NCBI RefSeq assembly: GCF_009914755.1
Contig: NC_060942.1
Origin: the human T2T-CHM13v2.0 reference genome, Homo sapiens
Direction: 5' to 3' (one strand)
DNA: 64,000 nucleotides
The notes under the pieces are model-generated. The model was given only the letters and a program-made list of their open reading frames with translations. It ran no database searches and had not been told where the DNA came from. A program made the translations under genes and the position numbers. Below, in pieces: positions 1 through 13,100 of this stretch. The stretch's first letter is position 1. Each line of letters opens with the position of its first letter.

Positions 1-118
1 GAAACTAGTTTCTGATGTGTGTCCTCAACTAACACAGTTGTACATTTCTTTAGACAGAACAGTTTTGAAACACTCTTTTTGTGGAATCTGCAAGTTGATA
101 TTGGGCTAGATTTGAGGA

Positions 119-135
119 TTTCGTTGGAAACGGGA
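119..135 (+). promoter_or_regulatory. CENP-B box, HOR monomer 1 (TTTCGTTGGAAACGGGA); recurs once per HOR
   Basis: Exact match to the established 17-bp consensus YTTCGTTGGAARCGGGA. Confidence 0.97.
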
Positions 136-285
136 TTACATATAAAAAGCAGTCAGCAGCATTCTCAGAAAGTTCTTTGTGATGATTGCATTCAAGTCAC
201 AGAATTGAACATTCCCTTTCACAGAGCAGGTTTGAAACACTCTTTTTGTAGTGTGTGTAAGTGGACATTTGGAGCGCTTTCCGGC

Positions 286-302
286 CTAAGGTGAAAAAGG
301 AC
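286..302 (+). promoter_or_regulatory. pJalpha-type (A-box) motif in the alternate, non-CENP-B monomers
   Basis: CTAAGGTGAAAAAGGAC (ending GAA in some units) versus the A-type consensus CTAYGGTGRAAAAGGAA, at the position homologous to the CENP-B box. More degenerate versions occur in monomers 4, 6 and 8 (CTATGTTGAAAAAGGAA, CCATGTTGGAAAGGGAA, CTACGTTGGAAAAGGAA). Confidence 0.75.
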
Positions 303-456
303 ATATCTTCCCATAAAAACTAGACAGAAGCATTCTCAGAAACTTACTCGTGATGTGTGTCCTCAACTAAAGGAGTAGAACCTTTCTATTCATAGAGAAG
401 TTTTGAAACGCTCTTTTTGTGGAATCTCCAAGTGGATATTTGGCTAGTTTTGAGGA

Positions 457-473
457 TTTCGTTGGAAGCGGGA
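457..473 (+). promoter_or_regulatory. CENP-B box, HOR monomer 3 (TTTCGTTGGAAGCGGGA), overlapping the EcoRI site; recurs once per HOR
   Basis: Exact consensus match, 338 bp after the first box. Confidence 0.97.
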
Positions 474-794
474 ATTCATACAAATTGCAGACTGCAGCGT
501 TCTGAGAAACATCTTTGTGATGTTTGTATTCAAGACACAGAGGTGAACATTCCCTATCATAGAGCATGTTGGAGTCACTCCTTTTGTAGTATCTGGAAGT
601 GGACATTTGGAGCGCTTTCAGGCCTATGTTGAAAAAGGAAATATCTTCCCATAACAACTAGACACAAGCATTCTCAGAAACTTGTTTGTGATGTGTGCCC
701 TCTACTGACAGAGTTGAACCTTTCTTTACATAGAGCAGTTTTGAAACACTCTTTTTGTAGAATCCGCAAGAGGATATTTGCATAGCTTTGAGGA

Positions 795-811
795 TTTCGT
801 GGGAAACGGGA
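795..811 (+). promoter_or_regulatory. CENP-B box, HOR monomer 5 (TTTCGTGGGAAACGGGA), variant with intact core
   Basis: One mismatch to the consensus at a non-core position. The core NTTCGNNNNANNCGGGN is intact. Confidence 0.93.
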
Positions 812-1136
812 TTGTCTTCAGGTAAAATCTAGACAGAAGCATTCTCAGAAACTTCTTTGGGATGTTTGCATTCAAGTCACAGAGTAGAACATTCCCTTTG
901 GTAGAGCAGGTTTGAAACACTCTTTTTGTAGTATCTGGAAGTGGACATTTGGAGCGCTTTCAGGCCCATGTTGGAAAGGGAAATATCTTCCCGTAACAAC
1001 TAGGCAGAAGCATTCTCAGAAACTTATTTGAGATGTGTGTACTCAACTAAGAGAATTGAACCACCGTTTTGAAGGAGCAGTTTTGAAAGCCTCTTTTTCT
1101 GGAATCTGCAAGAGTATATTTGCCTAGCCTTGAGGA

Positions 1137-1153
1137 TTTCGTTGGAAACGGGA
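1137..1153 (+). promoter_or_regulatory. CENP-B box, HOR monomer 7 (TTTCGTTGGAAACGGGA)
   Basis: Exact consensus match, 342 bp after the third box. The array therefore has about 188 box positions (44x4 + 4x3). Confidence 0.97.
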
Positions 1154-4100
1154 TTGTCTTCAGATAAAATCTAGACAGAAGCATTCTCAGAAACTTCTTT
1201 GGGATGTTTGCATTCAAGTCACAGAGTAGAACATTCCCTTTGGTAGAGCAGGTTTGAAACACTCTTTTTTTAGTATATGGAAGTGGACATTTGGAGCGCT
1301 TTCAGGCCTACGTTGGAAAAGGAAATATCTTCCCATAACAACTAGACAGAAGCATTCTCAGAAACTAGTTTCTGATGTGTGTCCTCAACTAACACAGTTG
1401 TACATTTCTTTAGACAGAACAGTTTTGAAACACTCTTTTTGTGGAATCTGCAAGTGGATATTGGGCTAGATTTGAGGATTTCGTTGGAAACGGGATTACA
1501 TATAAAAAGCAGTCAGCAGCATTCTCAGAAAGTTCTTTGTGATGATTGCATTCAAGTCACAGAATTGAACATTCCCTTTCACAGAGCAGGTTTGAAACAC
1601 TCTTTTTGTAGTGTGTGTAAGTGGACATTTGGAGCGCTTTCCGGCCTAAGGTGAAAAAGGAAATATCTTCCCATAAAAACTAGACAGAAGCTTTCTCAGA
1701 AACTTACTCGTGATGTGTGTCCTCAACTAAAGGAGTAGAACCTTTCTATTCATAGAGAAGTTTTGAAACGCTCTTTTTGTGGAATCTCCAAGTGGATATT
1801 TGGCTAGTGTTGAGGATTTCGTTGGAAGCGGGAATTCATACAAATTGCAGACTGCAGCGTTCTGAGAAACATCTTTGTGATGTTTGTATTCAGGACACAG
1901 AGATGAACATTCCCTATCATAGAGCAGGTTGGAATCACTCCTTTTGTAGTATCTGGAAGTGGACATTTGGAGCGCTTTCAGGCCTATGTTGAAAAAGGAA
2001 ATATCTTCCCATAACAACTAGACACAAGCATTCTCAGAAACTTGTCTGTGATGTGTGCCCTCTACTGACAGAGTTGAACCTTTCTTTTCATAGAGCAGTT
2101 TTGAAACACTCTTTTTGTAGAATCTGCAAGAGGATATTTGCATAGCTTTGAGGATTTCGTGGGAAACGGGATTGTCTTCAGGTAAAATCTAGACAGAAGC
2201 ATCCTCAGAAACTTCTTTGGGATGTTTGCATTCAAGTCACAGAGTAGAACATTCCCTTTGGTAGAGTAGGTTTGAAACACTCTTTTTGTAGTATCTGGAA
2301 GTGGACATTTGGAGCGCTTTCAGGCCCATGTTGGAAAGGGAAATATCTTGCCGTAACAACTAGGCAGAAGCATTCTCAGAAACTTATTTGAGATGTGTGG
2401 ACTCAACGAAGAGAATTGAACCACCGTTTTGAAGGAGCAGTTTTGAAACACTCTTTTTCTGGAATCTGCAAGAGTATATTTGCCTAGCCTTGAGGATTTC
2501 GTTGGAAACGGGATTGTCTTCAGATAAAATCTAGACAGAAGCATTCTCAGAAACTTCTTTGGGATGTTTGCATTCAAGTCACAGAGTAGAACATTCCCTT
2601 TGGTAGAGCAGGTTTGAAACACTCTTTTTTTAGTATATGGAAGTGGACATTTGGAGCGCTTTCAGGCCTACGTTGGAAAAGGAAATATCTTCCGATAACA
2701 ACTAGACAGAAGCATTCTCAGAAACTAGTTTCTGATGTGTGTCCTCAACTAACACAGTTGTACATTTCTTTAGACAGAACAGTTTTGAAACACTCTTTTT
2801 GTGGAATCTGCAAGTGGATACTGGGCTAGATTTGAGGATTTCGTTGGAAACGGGATTACATATAAAAAGCAGACAGCAGCATTCTCAGAAAGTTCTTTGT
2901 GATGATTGCATTCAAGTCAGATAATTGAACATTCCCTTTCACAGAGCAGGTTTGAAACACTCTTTTTGTAGTGTGTGTAAGTGGACATTTGGAGCGCTTT
3001 CCGGCCTAAGGTGAAAAAGGACATATCTTCCCATAAAAACTAGACAGAAGCATTCTCAGAAACTTACTCGTGATGTGTTTCCTCAACTAAAGGAGTAGAA
3101 CCTTTCTATTCATAGAGAAGTTTTGAAATGCTCTTTTTGTGTAATCTCCAAGTGGATATTTGGCTAGTTTTGAGGATTTCGTTGGAAGCGGGAATTCATA
3201 CAAATTGCAGACTGCAGCGTTCTGAGAAACATCTTTGTGATGTTTGTATTCAGGACACAGAGATGAACATTCCCTATCATAGAGCAGGTTGGAATCACTC
3301 CTTTTGTAGTATCTGGAAGTGGACATTTGGAGCGCTTTCAGGCCTATGTTGAAAAAGGAAATATCTTCCCATAACAACTAGACACAAGCATTCTCAGAAA
3401 CTTGTTTGTGATGTGTGCCCTCTACTGACAGAGTTGAACCTTTCTTTTCATAGAGCAGTTTTGAAACACTCTTTTTGTAGAATCCGCAAGAGGATATTTG
3501 CATAGCTTTGAGGATTTCGTGGGAAACGGGATTGTCTTCAGGTAAAATCTAGACAGAAGCATTCTCAGAAACTTCTTTGGGATGTTTGCATTCAAGTCAC
3601 AGAGTAGAACATTCCCTTTGGTAGAGCAGGTTTGAAACACTCTTTTTGTAGTATCTGGAAGTGGACATTTGGAGCGCTTTCAGGCCCATGTTGGAAAGGG
3701 AAATATCTTCCCGTAACAACTAGGCAGAAGCATTCTCAGAAACTTATTTGAGATGTGTGGACTCAACTAAGAGAATTGAACCACCGTTTTGAAGGAGCAG
3801 TTTTGAAACACTCTTTTTCTGGAATCTGCAAGAGTATATTTGCCTAGCCTTGAGGATTTCGTTGGAAACGGGATTGTCTTCAGATAAAATCTAGACAGAA
3901 GCATTCTCAGAAACTTCTTTGGGATGTTTGCATTCAAGTCACAGAGTAGAACATTCCCTTTGGTAGAGCAGGTTTGAAACACTCTTTTTTTAGTATATGG
4001 AAGTGGACATTTGGAGCGCTTTCAGGCCTACGTTGGAAAAGGAAATATCTTCCCATAACAACTAGACAGAAGCATTCTCAGAAACTAGTTTCTGATGTGT

Positions 4101-7100
4101 GTCCTCAACTAACACAGTTGTACATTTCTTTAGACAGAACAGTTTTGAAACACTCTTTTTGTGGAATCTGCAAGTGGATATTGGGCTAGATTTGAGGATT
4201 TCGTTGGAAACGGGATTACATATAAAAAGCAGTAAGCAGCATTCTCAGAAAGTTCTTTGTGATGATTGCATTCAAGTCACAGAATTGAACATTCCCTTTC
4301 ACAGAGCAGGTTTGAAACACTCTTTTTGTAGTGTGTGTAAGTGGACATTTGGAGCGCTTTCCGGCCTAAGGTGAAAAAGGAAATATCTTCCCATAAAAAC
4401 TAGACAGAAGCATTCTCAGAAACTTACTCGTGATGTGTGTCCTCAACTAAATGAGTAGAACCTTTCTATTCATAGAGAAGTTTTGAAACGCTCTTTTTGT
4501 GGAATCTCCAAGTGGATATTTGGCTAGTGTTGAGGATTTCGTTGGAAGCGGGAATTCATACAAATTGCAGACTGCAGCGTTCTGAGAAACATCTTTGTGA
4601 TGTTTGTATTCAGGACACAGAGATGAACATTCCCTATCATAGAGCAGGTTGGAATCACTCCTTTTGTGGTATCTGGAAGTGGACATTTGGAGCGCTTTCA
4701 GGCCTATGTTGAAAAAGGAAATATCTTCCCATAACAACTAGACACAAGCATTCTCAGAAACTTGTTTGTGATGTGTGCCCTCTACTGACAGAGTTGAACC
4801 TTTCTTTTCATAGAGCAGTTTTGAAACACTCTTTTTGTAGAATCTGCAAGAGGATATTTGCATAGCTTTGAGGATTTCGTTTGAAACGGGATTGTCTTCA
4901 GGTAAAATCTAGACAGAAGCATTCTCAGAAACTTCTTTGGGATGTTTGCATTCAAGTCACAGAGTAGAACATTCCCTTTGGTAGAGTAGGTTTGAAACAC
5001 TCTTTTTGTAGTATCTGGAAGTGGACATTTGGAGCGCTTTCAGGCCCATGTTGGAAAGGGAAATATCTTGCCGTAACAACTAGGCAGAAGCATTCTCAGA
5101 AACGTATTTGAAATGTGTGGACTCAACGAAGAGAATTGAACCACCGTTTTGAAGGAGCAGTTTTGAAACACTCTTTTTCTGGAATCTGCAAGAGTATATT
5201 TGCCTAGCCTTGAGGATTTCGTTGGAAACGGGATTGTCTTCAGATAAAATCTAGACAGAAGCATTCTCAGAAACTTCTTTGGGATGTTTGCATTCAAGTC
5301 ACAGAGTAGAACATTCCCTTTGGTAGAGCAGGTTTGAAACACTCTTTTTTTAGTATATGGAAGTGGACATTTGGAGCGCTTTCAGGCCTACGTTGGAAAA
5401 GGAAATATCTTCCCATAACAACTAGACAGAAGCATTCTCAGAAACTAGTTTCTGATGTGTGTCCTCAACTAACACAGTTGTACATTTCTTTAGACAGAAC
5501 AGTTTTGAAACACTCTTTTTGTGGAATCTGCAAGTGGATACTGGGCTAGATTTGAGGATTTCGTTGGAAACGGGATTACATATAAAAAGCAGTCAGCAGC
5601 ATTCTCAGAAAGTTCTTTGTGATGATTGCATTCAAGTCACAGAATTGAACATTCCCTTTCACAGAGCAGGTTTGAAACACTCTTTTTGTAGTGTGTGTAA
5701 GTGGACATTTGGAGCGCTTTCCGGCCTAAGGTGAAAAAGGACATATCTTCCCATAAAAACTAGACAGAAGCATTCTCAGAAACTTACTCGTGATGTGTGT
5801 CCTCAACTAAAGGAGTAGAACCTTTCTATTCATAGAGAAGTTTTGAAACGCTCTTTTTGTGGAATCTCCAAGTGGATATTTGGCTAGTTTTGAGGATTTC
5901 GTTGGAAGCGGGAATTCATACAAATTGCAGACTGCAGCGTTCTGAGAAACATCTTTGTGATGTTTGTATTCAAGACACAGAGATGAACATTCCCTATCAT
6001 AGAGCATGTTGGAATCACTCCTTTTGTAGTATCTGGAAGTGGACATTTGGAGCGCTTTCAGGCCTATGTTGAAAAAGGAAATATCTTCCCATAACAACTA
6101 GACACAAGCATTCTCAGAAACTTGTTTGTGATGTGTGCCCTCTACTGACAGAGTTGAACCTTTCTTTTCATAGAGCAGTTTTGAAACACTCTTTTTGTAG
6201 AATCCGCAAGAGGATATTTGCATAGCTTTGAGGATTTCGTGGGAAACGGGATTGTCTTCAGGTAAAATCTAGACAGAAGCATTCTCAGGAACTTCTTTGG
6301 GATGTTTGCATTCAAGTCACAGAGTAGAACATTCCCTTTGGTAGAGCAGGTTTGAAACACTCTTTTTGTAGTATCTGGAAGTGGACATTTGGAGCGCTTT
6401 CAGGCCTATGTTGGAAAGGGAAATATCTTCCCGTAACAACTAGGCAGAAGCATTCTCAGAAACTTATTTGAGATGTGTGTACTCAACTAAGAGAATTGAA
6501 CCACCGTTTTGAAGGAGCAGTTTTGAAACCCTCTTTTTCTGGAATCTGCAAGAGTATATTTGCCTAGCCTTGAGGATTTCGTTGGAAACGGGATTGTCTT
6601 CAGATAAAATCTAGACAGAAGCATTCTCAGAAACTTCTTTGGGATGTTTGCATTCAAGTCACAGAGTAGAACATTCCCTTTGGTAGAGCAGGTTTGAAAC
6701 ACTCTTTTTTTAGTATATGGAAGTGGACATTTGCAGCGCTTTCAGGCCTACGTTGGAAAAGGAAATATCTTCCCATAACAACTAGACAGAAGCATTCTCA
6801 GAAACTAGTTTCTGATGTGTGTCCTCAACTAACACAGTTGTACATTTCTTTAGACAGAACAGTTTTGAAACACTCTTTTTGTGGAATCTGCAAGTGGATA
6901 TTGGGCTAGATTTGAGGATTTCGTTAGAAACGGGATTACATATAAAAAGCAGTCAGCAGCATTCTCAGAAAGTTCTTTGTGATGATTGCATTCAAGTCAC
7001 AGAATTGAACATTCCCTTTCACAGAGCAGGTTTGAAACACTCTTTTTGTAGTGTGTGTAAGTGGACATTTGGAGCGCTTTCCGGCCTAAGGTGAAAAAGG

Positions 7101-10100
7101 ACATATCTTCCCATAAAAACTAGACAGAAGCATTCTCAGAAACTTACTCGTGATGTGTGTCCTCAACTAAAGGAGTAGAACCTTTCTATTCATGGAGAAG
7201 TTTTGAAACGCTCTTTTTGTGGAATCTCCAAGTGGATATTTGGCTAGTTTTGAGGATTTCGTTGGAAGCGGGAATTCATACAAATTGCAGACTGCAGCGT
7301 TCTGAGAAACATCTTTGTGATGTTTGTATTCAAGACACAGAGATGAACATTCCCTATCATAGAGCATGTTGGAATCACTCCTTTTGTAGTATCTGGAAGT
7401 GGACATTTGGAGCGCTTTCAGGCCTATGTTGAAAAAGGAAATATCTTCCCATAACAACTAGACACAAGCATTCTCAGAAACTTGTCTGTGATGTGTGCCC
7501 TCTACTGACAGAGTTGAACCTTTCTTTTCATAGAGCAGTTTTGAAACACTCTTTTTGTAGGATCTGCAAGAGGATATTTGCATAGCTTTGAGGATTTCGT
7601 GGGAAACGGGATTGTCTTCAGGTAAAATCTAGACAGAAGCATTCTCAGAAACTTCTTTGGGATGTTTGCATTCACGTCACAGAGTAGAACATTCCCTTTG
7701 GTAGAGCAGGTTTGAAACACTCTTTTTGTAGTATCTGGAAGTGGACATTTTGAGCGCTTTCAGGCCCATGTTGGAAAGGGAAATATCTTCCCGTAACAAC
7801 TAGGCAGAAGCATTCTCAGAAACTTATTTGAGATGTGTGTACTCAACTAAGAGAATTGAACCACCGTTTTGAAGGAGCAGTTTTGAAACACTCTTTTTCT
7901 GGAATCTGCAAGAGTATATTTGCCTAGCCTTGAGGATTTCGTTGGAAACGGGATTGTCTTCAGATAAAATCTAGACAGAAGCATTCTCAGAAACTTCTTT
8001 GGGATGTTTGCATTCAAGTCACAGAGTAGAACATTCCCTTTGGTAGAGCAGGTTTGAAACACTCTTTTTTTAGTATATGGAAGTGGACATTTGGAGCGCT
8101 TTCAGGCCTACGTTGGAAAAGGAAATATCTTCCCATAACAACTAGACAGAAGCATTCTCAGAAACTAGTTTCTGATGTGTGTCCTCAACTAACACAGTTG
8201 AACTTTTCTTTAGACAGAACAGTTTTGAAACACTCTTTTTGTGGAATCTGCAAGTGGATATTGGGTTAGATTTGAGGATTTCGTTGGAAAGGGGATTACA
8301 CATAAAAAGCAGACAGCAGCATTCTCAGAAAGTTCTTTGTGATGATTGCATTCAAGTCACAGAATTGAACATTCCCTTTCACAGAGCAGGTTTGAAACAC
8401 TCTTTTTGTAGTGTGTGTAAGTGGACATTTGGAGCGCTTTCCGGCCTAAGGTGAAAAAGGACATATCTTCCCATAAAAATTAGACAGAAGCATTCTCAGA
8501 AACTTACTCGTGATGTGTGTCCTCAACTAAAGGAGTAGAACCTTTCTATTCATAGAGAAGTTTTGAAACGCTCTTTTTGTGGAATCTCCAAGTGGATATT
8601 TGGCTAGTTTTGAGGATTTCGTTGGAAGCGGGAATTCATACAAATTGCAGACTGCAGCGTTCTGAGAAACATCTTTGTGATGTTTGTATTCAAGACACAG
8701 AGATGAACATTCCCTCTCATAGAGCATGTTGGAATCACTCCTTTTGTAGTATCTGGAAGTGGACATTTGGAGCGCTTTCAGGCCTATGTTGAAAAAGGAA
8801 ATATCTTCCCATAACAACTAGACACAAGCATTCTCAGAAACTTGTTTGTGATGTGTGCCCTCTACTGACAGAGTTGAACCTTTCTTTTCATAGAGCAGTT
8901 TTGAAACACTCTTTTTGTAGAATCCGCAAGAGGATATTTGCATAGCTTTGAGGATTTCGTGGAAAACGGGATTGTCTTCAGGTAAAATCTAGACAGAAGC
9001 ATTCTCAGAAACTCCTTTGGGATGTTTGCATTCAAGTCACAGAGTAGAACATTCCCTTTGGTAGAGCAGGTTTGAAACACTCTTTTTGTAGTATCTGGAA
9101 GTGGACATTTGGAGCGCTTTCAGGCCCATGTTGGAAAGGGAAATATCTTCCCGTAACAACTAGGCAGAAGCATTCTCAGAAACTTATTTGAGATGTGTGT
9201 ACTCAACTAAGAGAATTGAACCACCGTTTTGAAGGAGCAGTTTTGAAACACTCTTTTTCTGGAATCTGCAAGAGGATATTTGCATAGATTTGAGGATTTC
9301 GTTGGAAACGGGATTGTCTTCAGATCCAATCTAGACAGAAGCATTCTCAGAAACTTCTTTGGGATGTTTGCATTCAAGTCACAGAGTAGAACATTCCCTT
9401 TGGTAGAGCAGGTTTGAAACACTCTTTTTTTAGTATATGGAAGGACATTTGGAGCGCTTTCAGGCCTACGTTGGAAAAGGAAATATCTTCCCATAACAAC
9501 TAGACAGAAGCATTCTCAGAAACTAGTTTCTGATGTGTGTCCTCAACTAACACAGTTGAACTTTTCTTTAGACAGAACAGTTTTGAAACACTCTTTTTGT
9601 GGAATCTGCAAGTGGATATTGGGCTAGATTTGAGGATTTCGTTGGAAACGGGATTACATATAAAAAGCAGACAGCAGCATTCTCAGAAAGTTCTTTGTGA
9701 TGATTGCATTCAAGTCACAGAATTGAACATTCCCTTTCACAGAGCAGGTTTGAAACACTCTTTTTGTAGTGTGTGTAAGTGGACATTTGGAGCGCTTTCC
9801 GGCCTAAGGTGAAAAAGGACATATCTTCCCATAAAAACTAGACGGAAGCATCCTCAGAAACTTACTCGTGATGTGTGTCCTCAACTAAAGGAGTAGAACC
9901 TTTCTATTCATAGAGAAGTTTTGAAACGCTCTTTTTGTGGAATCTCCAAGTGGATATTTGGCTAGTTTTGAGGATTTCGTTGGAAGCGGGAATTCATACA
10001 AATTGCAGACTGCAGCGTTCTGAGAAACATCTTTGTGATGTTTGTATTCAGGACACAGAGTTGAACATTCCCTATCATAGAGCAGGTTGGAATCACTCCT

Positions 10101-13100
10101 TTTGTAGTATCTGGAAGTGGACATTTGGAGCGCTTTCAGGCCTATGTTGATAAAGGAAATATCTTCCCATAACAACTAGACACAAGCATTCTCAGAAACT
10201 TGTTTGTGATGTGTGCCCTCTACTGACAGAGTTGAACCTTTCTTTTCATAGAGCAGTTTTGAAACACTCTTTTTGTAGAATCTGCAAGAGGATATTTGCA
10301 TAGCTTTGAGGATTTCGTGGGAAACGGGATTGTCTTCAGGTAAAATCTAGACAGAAGCATTCTCAGAAACTTCTTTGGGATGTTTGCATTCAAGTCACAG
10401 AGTAGAACATTCCCTTTGGTAGAGCAGGTTTGAAACACTCTTTTTGTAGTATCTGGAAGTGGACATTTGGAGCGCTTTCAGGCCCATGTTGGAAAGGGAA
10501 ATATCTTCCCGTAACAACTAGGCAGAAGCATTCTCAGAAACTTATTTGAGATGTGTGGACTCAACGAAGAGAATTGAACCACCGTTTTGAAGGAGCAGTT
10601 TTGAAACACTCTTTTTCTGGAATCTGCAAGAGTATATTTGCCTAGCCTTGAGGATTTCGTTGGAAACGGGATTGTCTTCAGATAAAATCTAGACAGAAGC
10701 ATTCTCAGAAACTTCTTTGGGATGTTTGCATTCAAGTCACAGAGTAGAACATTCCCTTTGGTAGAGCAGGTTTGAAACACTCTTTTTTTAGTATATGGAA
10801 GTGGACATTTGGAGCGCTTTCAGGCCTACGTTGGAAAAGGAAATATCTTCCCATAACAACTAGACAGAAGCATTCTCAGAAACTAGTTTCTGATGTGTGT
10901 CCTCAACTGACACAGTTGTACATTTCTTTAGACAGAACAGTTTTGAAACACTCTTTTTGTGGAATCTGCAAGTGGATATTGGGCTAGATTTGAGGATTTC
11001 GTTGGAAACGGGATTACATATAAAAAGCAGTCAGCAGCATTCTCAGAAAGTTCTTTGTGATGATTGCATTCAAGTCACAGAATTGAACATTCCCTTTCAC
11101 AGAGCAGGTTTGAAACACTCTTTTTGTAGTGTGTGTAAGTGGACATTTGGAGCGCTTTCCGGCCTAAGGTGAAAAAGGACATATCTTCCCATAAAAATTA
11201 GACAGAAGCATTCTCAGAAACTTACTCGTGATGTGTGTCCTCAACTAAAGGAGTAGAACCTTTCTATTCATAGAGAAGTTTTGAAACGCTCTTTTTGTGG
11301 AATCTCCAAGTGGATATTTGGCTAGTTTTGAGGATTTCGTTGGAAGCGGGAATTCATACAAATTGCAGACTGCAGCGTTCTGAGAAACATCTTTGTGATG
11401 TTTGTATTCAAGACACAGAGATGAACATTCCCTCTCATAGAGCATGTTGGAATCACTCCTTTTGTAGTATCTGGAAGTGGACATTTGGAGCGCTTTCAGG
11501 CCTATGTTGAAAAAGGAAATATCTTCCCATAACAACTAGACACAAGCATTCTCAGAAACTTGTTTGTGATGTGTGCCCTCTACTGACAGAGTTGAACCTT
11601 TCTTTTCATAGAGCAGTTTTGAAACACTCTTTTTGTAGAATCCGCAAGAGGATATTTGCATAGCTTTGAGGATTTCGTGGAAAACGGGATTGTCTTCAGG
11701 TAAAATCTAGACAGAAGCATTCTCAGAAACTCCTTTGGGATGTTTGCATTCAAGTCACAGAGTAGAACATTCCCTTTGGTAGAGCAGGTTTGAAACACTC
11801 TTTTTGTAGTATCTGGAAGTGGACATTTGGAGCGCTTTCAGGCCCATGTTGGAAAGGGAAATATCTTCCCGTAACAACTAGGCAGAAGCATTCTCAGAAA
11901 CTTATTTGAGATGTGTGTACTCAACTAAGAGAATTGAACCACCGTTTTGAAGGAGCAGTTTTGAAACACTCTTTTTCTGGAATCTGCAAGAGTATATTTG
12001 CCTAGCCTTGAGGATTTCGTTGGAAACGGGATTGTCTTCAGATAAAATCTAGACAGAAGCATTCTCAGAAACTTCTTTGGGATGTTTGCATTCAAGTCAC
12101 AGAGTAGAACATTCCCTTTGGTAGAGCAGGTTTGAAACACTCTTTTTTTAGTATATGGAAGTGGACATTTGGAGCGCTTTCAGGCCTACGTTGGAAAAGG
12201 AAATATCTTCCCATAACAACTAGACAGAAGCATTCTCAGAAACTAGTTTCTGATGTGTGTCCTCAACTAACACAGTTGAACTTTTCTTTATACAGAACAG
12301 TTTTGAAACACTCTTTTTGTGGAATCTGCAAGTGGATATTGGACTAGATTTGAGGATTTCGTTGCAAACGGGATTACATATAAAAAGCAGACAGCAGCAT
12401 TCTCAGAAAGTTCCTTGTGATGATTGCATTCAAGTCACAGAATTGAACATTCCCTTTCACAGAGCAGGTTTGAAACACTCTTTTTGTAGTGTGTGTAAGT
12501 GGACATTTGGAGCGCTTTCCGGCCTAAGGTGAAAAAAGAAATATCTTCCCATAAAAACTAGACAGAAGCATCCTCAGAAACTTACTCGTGATGTGTTTCC
12601 TCAACTAAAGGAGTAGAACCTTTCTATTCATAGAGAAGTTTTGAAACGCTCTTTTTGTGGAATCTCCAAGTGGATATTTGGCTAGTTTTGAAGATTTCGT
12701 TGGAAGCGGGAATTCATACAAATTGCAGACTGCAGCGTTCTGAGAAACATCTTTGTGATGTTTGTATTCAGGACACAGAGATGAACATTCCCTATCATAG
12801 AGCAGGTTGGAATCACTCCTTTTGTAGTATCTGGAAGTGGACATTTGGAGCGCTTTCAGGCCTATGTTGAAAAAGGAAATATCTTCCCATAACAACTAGA
12901 CACAAGCATTCTCAGAAACTTGTTTGTGATGTGTGCCCTCTACTGACAGAGTTGAACCTTTCTTTTCATAGAGCAGTTTTGAAACACTCTTTTTGTAGAA
13001 TGCGCAAGAGGATATTTGCATAGCTTTGAGGATTTCGTGGGAAACGGGATTGTCTTCAGGTAAAATCTAGACAGAAGCATTCTCAGAAACTTCTTTGGGA

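Larger units (their letters stand above)
1..1360 (+). repeat. Representative 8-mer HOR unit: four dimers of 338, 338, 342 and 342 bp
   Basis: The CATTCTCAG landmark in the second unit falls at 1353, 1520, 1691, 1858, 2029, 2200, 2371, 2542 and 2713, giving monomers of 167,171,167,171,171,171,171,171 = 1360 bp. Unit 1 has one EcoRI (472-477), one PstI (492-497) and two XbaI sites (828-833, 1170-1175). Confidence 0.96.

Noticed and set aside
140-149. TATA-like ATATAAAAAG after the monomer-1 CENP-B box as a promoter
   Set aside because: This is a short AT-rich motif that is part of the repeat unit. The sequence alone gives no evidence of promoter function.
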